Source: an archaeon (GTDB lineage Archaea > Nanobdellota > Nanobdellia > Pacearchaeales > GW2011-AR1). From it: a stretch of DNA of 64,000 nt. The stretch lies in contig JAZDPV010000012.1 of assembly GCA_043797265.1 (NCBI GenBank), positions 1 to 64,000 on the forward strand, in the 5' to 3' direction. Shown here one piece after another: positions 38,750 to 48,100 of the stretch. Under the pieces are notes generated by a model. That model did no database searches, had not been told where the DNA came from, and saw nothing but the letters and a program-made list of their open reading frames with translations. Position 1 is the stretch's first letter. Each line of letters starts with the position of its first letter. A program made the translations under genes and the position numbers.

Positions 38750-39025
38750 CTAATTACTTATCTTAATTGCCTTCCCATTAACAACAGCATCAGCAATTTT
38801 ATTCCGCCCGCTCTTCAAAACCCTCGACAAAGTAGACTGAGAAATCTGCATCTTCTTTCCAGCATCTTCTTGCGAAACACCATTCAAATCAATCAAACGA
38901 ATCGCCTCAAACTCCGCCAACTCCAACACAGACTCCTCTAAATCAATCATCCTTATTCCAGCAGGCTTAAAATAAGAAGAATTGGGTCGACCCCTAACTC
39001 TTCTCCTTAAACACGGCCTAGGCAT
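38750..39025 (-). CDS. DUF134 HTH protein
   Basis: MPRP...FKPAG...EFEAIRLID..SQEDAGKKMQISQSTLSRVL. Confidence 0.9.
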   Translation of the reverse strand: MPRPCLRRRVRGRPNSSYFKPAGIRMIDLEESVLELAEFEAIRLIDLNGVSQEDAGKKMQISQSTLSRVLKSGRNKIADAVVNGKAIKISN

Positions 39026-39069
39026 TTTTCAAAAACAAATGTCTCAATGAAACATTCACCAATGTTACT

Positions 39070-39225
39070 TTAGGCATTTCGAGCCCTAAAGCCTCGTCCA
39101 CGCCCACAACCTACTCGACGGCCTCGTCCTCGAACAACAACCGGCTCCGCATCCTCGCAGTCGCCCATTTGTCGTCCAGTCCTCGGCCCTTTCCCTTCTG
39201 GTCCTGTTCCGTCTCTATTTGGCAT
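39070..39225 (-). CDS. DUF5320-like small Gly/Arg-rich protein (51 aa, not in the ORF track)
   Basis: MPNRDGTGPEGKGPRTGRQMGDC...GRGRGFR; ggag upstream; adjacent to DUF134. Confidence 0.8.
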   Translation of the reverse strand: MPNRDGTGPEGKGPRTGRQMGDCEDAEPVVVRGRGRRVGCGRGRGFRARNA

Positions 39226-39246
39226 TGTATTTTTCTCCCATTTTAG

Positions 39247-39266
39247 TTATGAATATACATTCATAA
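39247..39266. promoter_or_regulatory. palindromic operator upstream of the DUF5320-DUF134 pair
   Basis: ttatgaat-atac-attcataa between the TATA-like box and the start codon. Confidence 0.55.
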
Positions 39267-39330
39267 TACTATTTAAATCTTTCTAAAATTAATTTTCTCT
39301 TTCTCTCATACGCCTCAATAAAAAATAAAT

Positions 39331-40953
39331 TCATAAATTACTCTCTAAACAAGCCCGAATAAATCCATCAAACATCGGCGACGGTTTCATCGGATAACTT
39401 TTGAACTCAGGATGCGCCTGTGTCGCTACAAAAAACTTATGATTTGGTAATTCAATAAATTCCACAAGCCTCCCGTTCGGACTTCTACCAGAAATAACCA
39501 AACCCCTCTCTTCCAAAATTCTGTGATAATCCGGATTAACCTCATAACGATGTCGATGTCTCTCGCTAATTTGACCAACTCCATAAATTTTCTCAATCAA
39601 AGAACCCTCTTTCAAAACAGCCAGATAACTACCAAGTCTCATTGTCCCGCCCTTCATATCAACACCAATCTGTTCTGGCAAAATATCAATAATTTTATGT
39701 TTAATATTTGGATTAATCTCTGTCGAACCCGCATCCAGCCCACAAACATTCCGCGCAAATTCAACAACCGCCAATTGCATTCCATAACAAAGCCCAAGAA
39801 AAGGAATATTATTTTCCCTCGCAAATTTAATCGCCAAAATTTTCCCCTCGACGCCCGAACTGCCAAAACCTCCCGGAACAAGTATACCATCGTATACTGA
39901 TAAATCAATTTCCCCAACTTCAATCTTCTTCGAATCAACCCAATGAATATTTACTTTAACATTATTCTTAGCCCCCGCATGACTAAGCGCCGCCGCAACT
40001 GATAAATAAGAATCTGTCAACTGAAAATTTCCAATATCTAAATATTTCCCAATAATCGCAACATTAACCTCAGACAATGAATCTGATATTTTCCTGACCA
40101 TTTCACTCCAAGCAACCCAATTCGGCTCCCTCCTTTTTTTCAAATTCAACTTCGCCAAAATTTTCTCGCCAAAATTTTCTTTTTCTAAATTCAAAGGAAC
40201 AACATAAATCGTATTCGCAGTTCCGGGTCCAACAACATCTGGAGTTGAAATTATATGTGTCGAAGGAATATTAGAATATTTTTCAATTTTCTTTTTTCTA
40301 ACTTCATCCAACGGCAATTTCCCTCGACAAAAAATAAAATCCGGTTGAATCCCATTCTCCATTAACAACCTAATCGCTAATTGCGTCGGCTTAGTCTTCA
40401 TTTCATTAATATGACTAGGCACCGGCATATAAGTAACCATAATATGACAAACATTTTCCACACCTAACTCCAACTCCATACTTTTCGCCGCAAACAAAAA
40501 AGGGACATTCTCATAATCCCCAATCGTCCCGCCAATCTCAATCAAAACAATATCATAACCATCCGACACCTCAATAATTCTATTTTTAATTTCCTGTGGA
40601 ACATGAGGAATAAAAGAAACTGTCTCTCCTAAAAAATCCCCACGACGCTCCTTCTCGATCAAAGACTTATAAACTTGCCCCGTTGTAATCGCATTCCTTT
40701 TCAAAATTGGCACTTCCAAAAATCTCTCATAATTTCCCAAGTCCTGATCAATCTCGCCGCCATCTTCAGTAACCCAAACCTCTCCATGTTCCGTCGGTCG
40801 CATCGTCCCAGCATCGCAATTAATATATGGGTCAATTTTTACCGCCGTCACAGAAAAACCATACTCCTTCAAAATTCGTCCAACCGACGCTGTCGCCACT
40901 CCTTTTCCAACCCCAGAAATCACACCCCCACTAACAAAAATATATTTCGTCAT
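39331..40953 (-). CDS. pyrG: CTP synthase
   Basis: MTKYIFVSGGVISGVGKG, KTKPTQ, PGGFG, GLCYGMQ, ERHRHRYE, QAHPEF. Confidence 0.97.
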   Translation of the reverse strand: MTKYIFVSGGVISGVGKGVATASVGRILKEYGFSVTAVKIDPYINCDAGTMRPTEHGEVWVTEDGGEIDQDLGNYERFLEVPILKRNAITTGQVYKSLIEKERRGDFLGETVSFIPHVPQEIKNRIIEVSDGYDIVLIEIGGTIGDYENVPFLFAAKSMELELGVENVCHIMVTYMPVPSHINEMKTKPTQLAIRLLMENGIQPDFIFCRGKLPLDEVRKKKIEKYSNIPSTHIISTPDVVGPGTANTIYVVPLNLEKENFGEKILAKLNLKKRREPNWVAWSEMVRKISDSLSEVNVAIIGKYLDIGNFQLTDSYLSVAAALSHAGAKNNVKVNIHWVDSKKIEVGEIDLSVYDGILVPGGFGSSGVEGKILAIKFARENNIPFLGLCYGMQLAVVEFARNVCGLDAGSTEINPNIKHKIIDILPEQIGVDMKGGTMRLGSYLAVLKEGSLIEKIYGVGQISERHRHRYEVNPDYHRILEERGLVISGRSPNGRLVEFIELPNHKFFVATQAHPEFKSYPMKPSPMFDGFIRACLESNL

Positions 40954-41068
40954 CCGCAAACCCGCCCAATTAAACTTATAAACATTTATATCCCAAAATA
41001 CAACAATTCCAAACCACCAATCTTTTAAACCCACAAAAACTTCCAAACTCATATCCCATCTTGTAAAA

Positions 41069-41737
41069 ATGAAAACCCAAACAATCCCAGAAGGAACCTT
41101 TTTTGCAGAATTAGAAAATTCTCAAAAATCTGCAATAAGATACGCTATAGAAAATGGAAAAATTCTCCAAACTCAAATACCAGAAATAGAAAAAAAATAT
41201 CGAAATGGAAATTCACTTAGAGAAATAGTCGAAGAACACGATCTAGAAAATAAATTTGGAGTATGTAAAAAAACAGCAGAAATAATAGTAACTTATGCAC
41301 TAAAAGGATATCATGGAGAATGGAATATGTTTACAAGCCCTTCTTATAATGGATTAATGACAGAAGAAGAATACGCCAAAATAGCAGAAGAACACCACAT
41401 AAAACAAGGAAGAATACTTGGTGAAAAAATAGGACATAAATCCGGCGTACTCACTTTCAGAAAACAAACCGGAGTCCACGGAATGACCTATTTAGAAAAA
41501 CATATAGGAGGACAAAAAGGAATCGTAGCACAAGGACATATTCCATGGTCAAATGATGAAATAAAAACTCTTTACGAATTAGTTCAAGACCCCTTTTATA
41601 AAAGAAAAACTCAAATTCACGCACAAAATATAGCCAAAGAAATAAACAAAAAATTTCATAACGGAAATCCCGTAAGAGATAATACAAGCGTAACAAAAGC
41701 ATTTAATAGATACAAAAACTTCCAAACTCATATCTAA
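41069..41737 (+). CDS. hypothetical protein flanked by a 23 bp direct repeat
   Basis: 222 aa AT-rich ORF; acaaaaacttccaaactcatatc at 41033 and 41712. Confidence 0.65.
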   Translation: MKTQTIPEGTFFAELENSQKSAIRYAIENGKILQTQIPEIEKKYRNGNSLREIVEEHDLENKFGVCKKTAEIIVTYALKGYHGEWNMFTSPSYNGLMTEEEYAKIAEEHHIKQGRILGEKIGHKSGVLTFRKQTGVHGMTYLEKHIGGQKGIVAQGHIPWSNDEIKTLYELVQDPFYKRKTQIHAQNIAKEINKKFHNGNPVRDNTSVTKAFNRYKNFQTHI

Positions 41738-41757
41738 AATAAACAAACGATAGAACA

Positions 41758-41994
41758 ATGAATGAAACATATCAAAAAATATTAACCTGCGTAGAATTAT
41801 TTGAGAGAGATAATAAAGTAACTCCCAACAGAATATATCTAACTCAGTCAACAAAAGAAGCACTCATCGAAACAGGAAAATTAAATCAGCTCGAAAAAGA
41901 AATCGAAATAATTGAAATAGCAAAATTATTAAATCTCCCAAAAAAAAATAAAAGCCCAACGAGAAGGAATGATTTACCCAATAACTCTCGTTAG
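41758..41994 (+). CDS. small hypothetical protein
   Basis: 78 aa ORF downstream of the 41069 gene. Confidence 0.45.
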   Translation: MNETYQKILTCVELFERDNKVTPNRIYLTQSTKEALIETGKLNQLEKEIEIIEIAKLLNLPKKNKSPTRRNDLPNNSR

Positions 41995-42066
41995 AAAAAA
42001 AAGATTTAGAAGAAATAAAACAACAACCTACGATATTTTCTACGAATTATCAACACTCGCCCAAAC

Positions 42067-42333
42067 CTAATCCCACTCCGCGTGCCCAAACTGAATAACC
42101 AAATCGTCGTCGCTATTCGGCAAATCACACGCCCCAAAACAACTACCAAACCAAATCCTAATATCAGCGTCACACCTCTCGCGCAAATAATCAACAATCA
42201 CAACCGCCCACGGCTTCAACCCATCCGGCAACTGCAACAAAACACTTTTCGCTCCACTTTTTTTAATCTCGCCAACGACCCGCTCCAACTCCAAATCATA
42301 TTTCTTCTCCAAATTCGCCATCGTGTAATCCAT
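42067..42333 (-). CDS. diphthamide synthesis Dph2-like protein, N-terminal domain only
   Basis: VLLQLPDGLK, SCFGACDL, IQFGH; only 88 aa. Confidence 0.8.
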   Translation of the reverse strand: MDYTMANLEKKYDLELERVVGEIKKSGAKSVLLQLPDGLKPWAVVIVDYLRERCDADIRIWFGSCFGACDLPNSDDDLVIQFGHAEWD

Positions 42334-42372
42334 AAAAAATTAATAACTTAATCTTTAAAAATATACCCAAAT

Positions 42373-42678
42373 TCAATCATCTCCCAAAATTTCTTCTCCA
42401 TTTCCAACGCGTCTATACCTCACTTCTAAAGTAGCAGGAAACTTTGTATCCCCAATATCAGAAACATGAGAATAAACATCCCCCCAAGATGACCTAAATA
42501 TTTTTGGCCTCGCGAAAATCACAACAACATCCATCCCGGTCATCCGTTTATAATAAGAATCACATGGACCAACAAGCTTCCCACCGGGCAAATAAAAAGA
42601 CAAACATAATTTCTCAGGACCGCCTAAAAACCCAGCCGAACCAGTCACAACAGCATCCGCACTCCTCCCTGTCACCAT
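42373..42678 (-). CDS. hypothetical protein
   Basis: 101 aa ORF with TATA-like box upstream. Confidence 0.5.
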   Translation of the reverse strand: MVTGRSADAVVTGSAGFLGGPEKLCLSFYLPGGKLVGPCDSYYKRMTGMDVVVIFARPKIFRSSWGDVYSHVSDIGDTKFPATLEVRYRRVGNGEEILGDD

Positions 42679-42728
42679 GCCAAATACCCAACATCAACCT
42701 TTAAAAATAAATCTATACTCAAACATAC

Positions 42729-44462
42729 ATGACAAACATACGCCAACCAATTGTGACAGTAGCCGGCCACGTCGACCACGGAAAAACATCCATCCTCGAC
42801 AAAATTAGGGGGACCTCTATCCAGGAAACCGAAGCCGGCGGAATCACCCAGAAAATTTCCTTCACGACTCTCCCGCAAGAAAACATCCGCGAACGCGCCG
42901 GAGCAATCCTCGAAAAATTCAAAATCCCGCTCGAAATCCCCGGCCTGCTTTTCATCGACACACCCGGCCACGCCGCATTCACAAACCTCCGAAAACGTGG
43001 CGGCTCCCTCGCTGACATCGCAATCCTCGTCATCGACATCAACGACGGAATAAAACCCCAAACCGCCGAAGTCATCCAAATTCTAAAACTAAACAAAACC
43101 CCGTTCATGATCGCCCTAAACAAAATCGACAACATCTCCGGTTGGCAAAAATCCGAATCTCTGCTCTCCGCCGAATCAATAGAAAAACAAGCAACAAACG
43201 TGAAACAAAACTTCGAAGAAAAACTCTACACAATTATCGGCGCCCTCCACTCTCACGGACTAAACGCAGAAATATATTACAAAATAACAAACTTCGCGCA
43301 AAAAATCGCAATCGTCCCATGCTCCGCTAAAACAGGAGAAGGAATCCCGGAAATCCTCGCGATACTAACCGCCCTGTCCCAAAAATTCCTGAAAGAAAGA
43401 ATCAAAAACAAAGAACGGGGAAAAGGCGTAATCCTCGAAGTCAAAAAAAACGAATCAGCAAATTTCCTCGAATGCATCCTCTACGACGGCAAACTAAAAA
43501 ACACTGACGAAATCGCAATCGCGTCAATGGACGGCACCCCGATAATAACAAAAATCCGAAACATCCAGGAAGCCAAACCGCTAAACAAAGGATTCGAAAC
43601 CAAAAAAGAAGTCGAAGCAGCGACGGGAATAAAATTGCAAATAACATCCAAAGAAGAAATCCTCCCCGGAATGCCCTTCCAAATAATAAACAACAACCTC
43701 GAAGAAATAACAAGAGAATTCAAAAAAGAAATCTCCCAGGAAATAAAAACCAGCAAAACCGGAATCATAGTCAAAGCCGACTCGCTCGGCTCTCTCGAGG
43801 CACTGCTCACACTCCTCAGACAAAAACAAATAAAAGTCATAAGAGCCGGAATCGGCCCGATAACAAAAAAAGACATCTACGCGGCAAACACGCTCCCGGA
43901 AGAAAACAAAATAATTTTAGGATTCAACATCAACCTAGCCAAAGACTCCCAAATACACGAAACAAAAAAAATCAAAATCCTCACAAATCCCGTCGTCTAC
44001 AAGCTAATCGAAAACATAGAAGAATTCAAAAAAGAAAAAGAAAAAGAAATCGAACGAAAAAAATTGGAAGAACTCCCGACAATCTGCAAAATAACCACGC
44101 TCAATTTCGTCTTCAGAAATTCCAACCCTGCAGTATTCGGAATCCACGTATCCGGCGGCAAACTAAAAAAAAGCGAACGATTCATAAATAAAGACGACAT
44201 AAAAATCGGACAAATAAAAGAAATCCAGGAAGACAAAAATAACATCCAGGAAGCGACAAAAGGAAAAGAAGTCGCAATATCAATCCCCGGACTAAACTTC
44301 GAACGTCAGCTAAAAACCAACGAACCCCTCTACACAAACCTCTCCGAAACCCAATTCCGAAAATTCAAACAACACAAAGACCTTTTATCGTCGGAAGAAA
44401 AATCAATCCTCCAAGAAATCGCCCAAATCAAACGAAGAAAAAACCCAACTTGGGGAATCTAA
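42729..44462 (+). CDS. infB: translation initiation factor aIF5B (IF-2)
   Basis: GHVDHGKT, EAGGITQ, DTPGHAAF, NKID, KADSLGSLEAL. Confidence 0.97.
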   Translation: MTNIRQPIVTVAGHVDHGKTSILDKIRGTSIQETEAGGITQKISFTTLPQENIRERAGAILEKFKIPLEIPGLLFIDTPGHAAFTNLRKRGGSLADIAILVIDINDGIKPQTAEVIQILKLNKTPFMIALNKIDNISGWQKSESLLSAESIEKQATNVKQNFEEKLYTIIGALHSHGLNAEIYYKITNFAQKIAIVPCSAKTGEGIPEILAILTALSQKFLKERIKNKERGKGVILEVKKNESANFLECILYDGKLKNTDEIAIASMDGTPIITKIRNIQEAKPLNKGFETKKEVEAATGIKLQITSKEEILPGMPFQIINNNLEEITREFKKEISQEIKTSKTGIIVKADSLGSLEALLTLLRQKQIKVIRAGIGPITKKDIYAANTLPEENKIILGFNINLAKDSQIHETKKIKILTNPVVYKLIENIEEFKKEKEKEIERKKLEELPTICKITTLNFVFRNSNPAVFGIHVSGGKLKKSERFINKDDIKIGQIKEIQEDKNNIQEATKGKEVAISIPGLNFERQLKTNEPLYTNLSETQFRKFKQHKDLLSSEEKSILQEIAQIKRRKNPTWGI

Positions 44463-44496
44463 CAACCTTTAAAAACCCAAATCCTCATCTCTAAAT

Positions 44497-44925
44497 ATGT
44501 TCAAAATAAATGTATCGCACAACGGCAAAACATTCAAAGTCGAGACTGAAAACGAAAACCTCCTCGGCAAATCTATCGGCGACAAAATCGACGGCAAAGA
44601 AATCTCAGAAAACCTAAAAGATTACGAAATCGAAATCACCGGAACATCAGACAAGGCAGGATTCGCAGGAGCAAAAACCATCAACGGCCCAAACCTAAAA
44701 AAAGTTCTTCTCGGCTACGGCCACGGCATGCACAAAAAACCGAAAGGACTAAAAAAAATCAACAAAAAACCAAAAGGACTAAAATTAAGAAAAACGATTC
44801 GTGGAAAAGAAATCTCCCTCGACACAGTTCAAATCAATTCCAAAGTCACAAAAGAAGGCGCAAAAAAATTCGACTCACTCTTCGAAAAACCCGAAGCTCA
44901 TCAAGAAGCAACCGAAAAAAAATAA
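44497..44925 (+). CDS. rps6e: 30S ribosomal protein S6e
   Basis: LLGKSIGD, ITGTSDKAGF, RKTIRG, QIN. Confidence 0.9.
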   Translation: MFKINVSHNGKTFKVETENENLLGKSIGDKIDGKEISENLKDYEIEITGTSDKAGFAGAKTINGPNLKKVLLGYGHGMHKKPKGLKKINKKPKGLKLRKTIRGKEISLDTVQINSKVTKEGAKKFDSLFEKPEAHQEATEKK

Positions 44926-45064
44926 ACGAAACTTCCACGTTTCGACCAAGATAGTTTTTCTTTGTTTAGAGAAATTTCTTTTTTAGATCAGCAGATCACC
45001 TACTGGGCTAAAAAGAAAGAACTCGCAGAGCAACCCTTAAAAACTCATTCTACCTGATTAACCT

Positions 45065-45709
45065 ATGGCGGTGATAGCAGACATAACAAATTTCCTAAAC
45101 GACATGACAACCGTCTTCTCGAGCCGGACAAATCTTCTCTTCATCCTCGCCTTTTTCACGACGGTAATCGTCATCTACTCCGTCTTCGTTTTCAACTTCT
45201 ACCGCTTCCTCGCCAAAAAAAACATCATCGAACTAAATCTCAACCAATACAACCAATACTCAAACCCCGCCGCCGTCAAATTTTTCGCAGTCATCTTCTT
45301 CACAATCGAATACCTAATCCTCCTCCCAATTCTCACATTTTTCTGGTTCACAATCCTCTCAATCCTAACTCTAATCCTGGCCAAAGAACTCGAAATAAAC
45401 ACCGTCCTCCTAATCTCCGCCGCGCTCGTCGCATCAGTCCGAGCAACAGCATACGTCAATGAAGACCTCGCAAAAGACCTCGCAAAAATGCTTCCATTCA
45501 CTCTCCTCGCAATCGCGATAACAACCGCCGGCTTCTTCAACATCGGCAACCTTGTCTCGCGAATATCAGAAATCCCGTCCCTGTTCTCGAACATCCCATA
45601 CTATCTCCTCTTTATCGTGGCCGTAGAACTCATCATGCGAACGGGCGAATTCGTAGAAAACGCCGTGGAATCCTCAAAATCAACCGAAGAAGAAAACGAA
45701 ACTGAATAA
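45065..45709 (+). CDS. multi-pass membrane hypothetical protein
   Basis: Several TM helices; TATA-like box upstream. Confidence 0.75.
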   Translation: MAVIADITNFLNDMTTVFSSRTNLLFILAFFTTVIVIYSVFVFNFYRFLAKKNIIELNLNQYNQYSNPAAVKFFAVIFFTIEYLILLPILTFFWFTILSILTLILAKELEINTVLLISAALVASVRATAYVNEDLAKDLAKMLPFTLLAIAITTAGFFNIGNLVSRISEIPSLFSNIPYYLLFIVAVELIMRTGEFVENAVESSKSTEEENETE

Positions 45710-45739
45710 ACTTTTAAACCCCCTCCTCTACAATTCTCA

Positions 45740-46948
45740 ATGGAAGACATCTCAAAAATAGACACAATAAACGTCGGCATAGTCGGCCACATCGACCACG
45801 GCAAAACAACACTCCTCCAAAAACTCTCGGGCAAATGGGCCGACACCCACTCCGAAGAACTCAAACGCGGAATCACAATCAAGCTCGGATACGCCGACGC
45901 AATAATCAAAAAAGACGACGGCAAACTAACGACAAACAAAAACTCAAAAGGAAAACCAATCCGATACATAACATTCGTCGACGCTCCCGGACACGAAATG
46001 CTAATGGCGACAATGCTCTCCGGCGCAGCAATCATGGACGCAGCAATCCTCGTCATCGCAGCGAACGAAGGAATCAAGCCCCAAACACAAGAACACCTCA
46101 TCGCGCTCAAAGCAAAAAAAATCAAAAACATAATCATCGCCCAAAACAAAATCGACCTCATCTCAAAAAAAGAAGCCCTCGAAAATTACAAGACAATCAA
46201 GGAATTCACAAAAGGAACGATCGCAGAAAACGCACCAATAATCCCAATCTCCGCAATACAAGAAATCAATCTCGACAAAATCCTCGACGAACTATGCAAA
46301 ATAAAAATCGAAAAACCAAACACAAATGAAAAACCAATCTTCCTCATCGCTCGAAGCTTCGACATAAACCGACCCGGAACAAAAATAGAAAACCTTCACG
46401 GCGGAATCCTCGGCGGCGCGCTGAAACAAGGAACCCTAAAAATCGGCGACACCCTCGAAATCAAACCCGGTTACTCCTACAAAATCCACAACCAATTCCA
46501 ATACAAAACCATCCAATCAAAAATAATCTCAATGCAAAAAGGCGAACACCAAATAACAAAAGCAACTCCCGGCGGAAGCCTCGCAATCGAAACCGAACTC
46601 GACCCAGCCCTGACAAAAGCCGACTCCATCTCCGGAAGCGTCGCGTCAACAAAAGGAACCCTCCCCGAAATCACGGACAACATCACAATAAAATTCACGC
46701 TCTTCAAAGAAATCTTCGGTACCGGAAAACACGAACCGGTCCAGCCGCTAAAATTCAACGAAATGCTAATGCTAAGTCTCAACACCTCAACCACCGTCGG
46801 ACAAATCACAAAAATAACCAACGAACAACAAACGAATATGACCCTCTCTCTCAAAATCCCAGTCGTCCCACTCAAGGGCGAATCAATCGGCATCGCGCGA
46901 AACATAAACAACCACTGGCGACTAATCGGCTTCGGCGAAATAATATAA
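45740..46948 (+). CDS. eif2g: translation initiation factor aIF2 gamma subunit
   Basis: GHIDHGKTT, EELKRGITIKLGYA, DAPGHE, RSFDINRPG, WRLIGFG. Confidence 0.97.
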   Translation: MEDISKIDTINVGIVGHIDHGKTTLLQKLSGKWADTHSEELKRGITIKLGYADAIIKKDDGKLTTNKNSKGKPIRYITFVDAPGHEMLMATMLSGAAIMDAAILVIAANEGIKPQTQEHLIALKAKKIKNIIIAQNKIDLISKKEALENYKTIKEFTKGTIAENAPIIPISAIQEINLDKILDELCKIKIEKPNTNEKPIFLIARSFDINRPGTKIENLHGGILGGALKQGTLKIGDTLEIKPGYSYKIHNQFQYKTIQSKIISMQKGEHQITKATPGGSLAIETELDPALTKADSISGSVASTKGTLPEITDNITIKFTLFKEIFGTGKHEPVQPLKFNEMLMLSLNTSTTVGQITKITNEQQTNMTLSLKIPVVPLKGESIGIARNINNHWRLIGFGEII

Positions 46949-47004
46949 ACAATCACCCCGCTCCTTCCAAATAAATTTATTAAGCCAAAAGTTTTATATA
47001 TCTT

Positions 47005-47235
47005 ATGCAACTATCGAATTCAGAACATTGGTCCAAAAAACGAAAATACAGAAAAGATATAACTAACGATATAATCGAATATGCTATAAACAACTCAAAC
47101 GAACTCAAAGATAAATTTTGGGAAGATGCTCTAAACGCAATTTGCAGGATTCCACCCTCGGGAAGAATCTTAAAAGTTGTATACAAGAAAGAAAAATCAA
47201 ACAATAAAATAATAACCGCCTTTTGGCTTGATTAA
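47005..47235 (+). CDS. DUF4258-like putative toxin
   Basis: SEH...ITNDIIEYAI...GRILKVVY...IITAF; paired with DUF2283. Confidence 0.65.
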   Translation: MQLSNSEHWSKKRKYRKDITNDIIEYAINNSNELKDKFWEDALNAICRIPPSGRILKVVYKKEKSNNKIITAFWLD

Positions 47236-47236
47236 A

Positions 47237-47431
47237 ATGGAAGAATGGTATGATAAAGAAGAAGACATCATGAACATCGAACTAACCAGCGGAGACTATT
47301 GGAAAAGTATAGAACTCCCAAATGGAATAGTAATAGATATAGACAAAAACGGAAAAATCAAAAGCATAGAAATTCTCAAAGCCAGTAAAATATTCTCCGG
47401 AGACGTCAAAAAAGTAATAGGACTGGCTTAA
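47237..47431 (+). CDS. DUF2283 domain protein (putative antitoxin)
   Basis: YDKEEDIMNI...IVIDIDKNGKIKSIEILKAS. Confidence 0.85.
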   Translation: MEEWYDKEEDIMNIELTSGDYWKSIELPNGIVIDIDKNGKIKSIEILKASKIFSGDVKKVIGLA

Positions 47432-47509
47432 ATTTCAATCGGCTTCGGCGAAATTATTTAATACAAGCTCAAAAACAAATTATATAAACTCAATTCTCTT
47501 ACCTTATTT

Positions 47510-48100
47510 ATGCAAAAAGAGAAAATCCACAAACCTGAATACAAATATCTCGGCAAAGAATCCCTGAGCGAAATCATCGGCAAAATATTCCCAAAAAAAC
47601 TAATCCCAACAACAAGAATGAGCGCCATCTTCGGGGGAATATTCGTCCTCGCACTCATCCTCGCCATATTTAACTTCCCGCTAAGTTCCTTAATCGCCGG
47701 CGACACAAATATAACAATCGGCATCGGATACCCCTACCCCTTCCTCGACCTCGGCCCGACGAGCATAGACAAATCCCCGCTAAAACCCTTCGGCCTCGCA
47801 GTCGACATGATTCTCTACCTAATCATCGCCTACGCCATCGACGTGCTCCTGAACTTCCTGATACAAAACCCATTCAATAAAAAAGAATCCGAAAAATACC
47901 CCGAAACTTTCAAGGACCAAGCCCCAAGAAGCATCTCCGAAACAATCACAAAACAAATATTTAAAGAACCATTAGAAAATACAAAATCACAAACCGCAAA
48001 AAAACCCGTCGAGAAATCACCCGCAAAAACAATCAAAACTACAAACCCTCGAGAACGTAATCAGCCGAGTTCCCCGCCAAGTCCCTCACGACAATTTTAA
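47510..48100 (+). CDS. membrane hypothetical protein
   Basis: Two TM helices, GYPYPF. Confidence 0.7.
   Translation: MQKEKIHKPEYKYLGKESLSEIIGKIFPKKLIPTTRMSAIFGGIFVLALILAIFNFPLSSLIAGDTNITIGIGYPYPFLDLGPTSIDKSPLKPFGLAVDMILYLIIAYAIDVLLNFLIQNPFNKKESEKYPETFKDQAPRSISETITKQIFKEPLENTKSQTAKKPVEKSPAKTIKTTNPRERNQPSSPPSPSRQF

Noticed and set aside
44926-45030. Possible structured RNA after rps6e, and similar weak stems at 3340-3378 and 61090-61170
   Set aside because: Pairing is mostly A/T tracts or short stems; no family could be supported by eye
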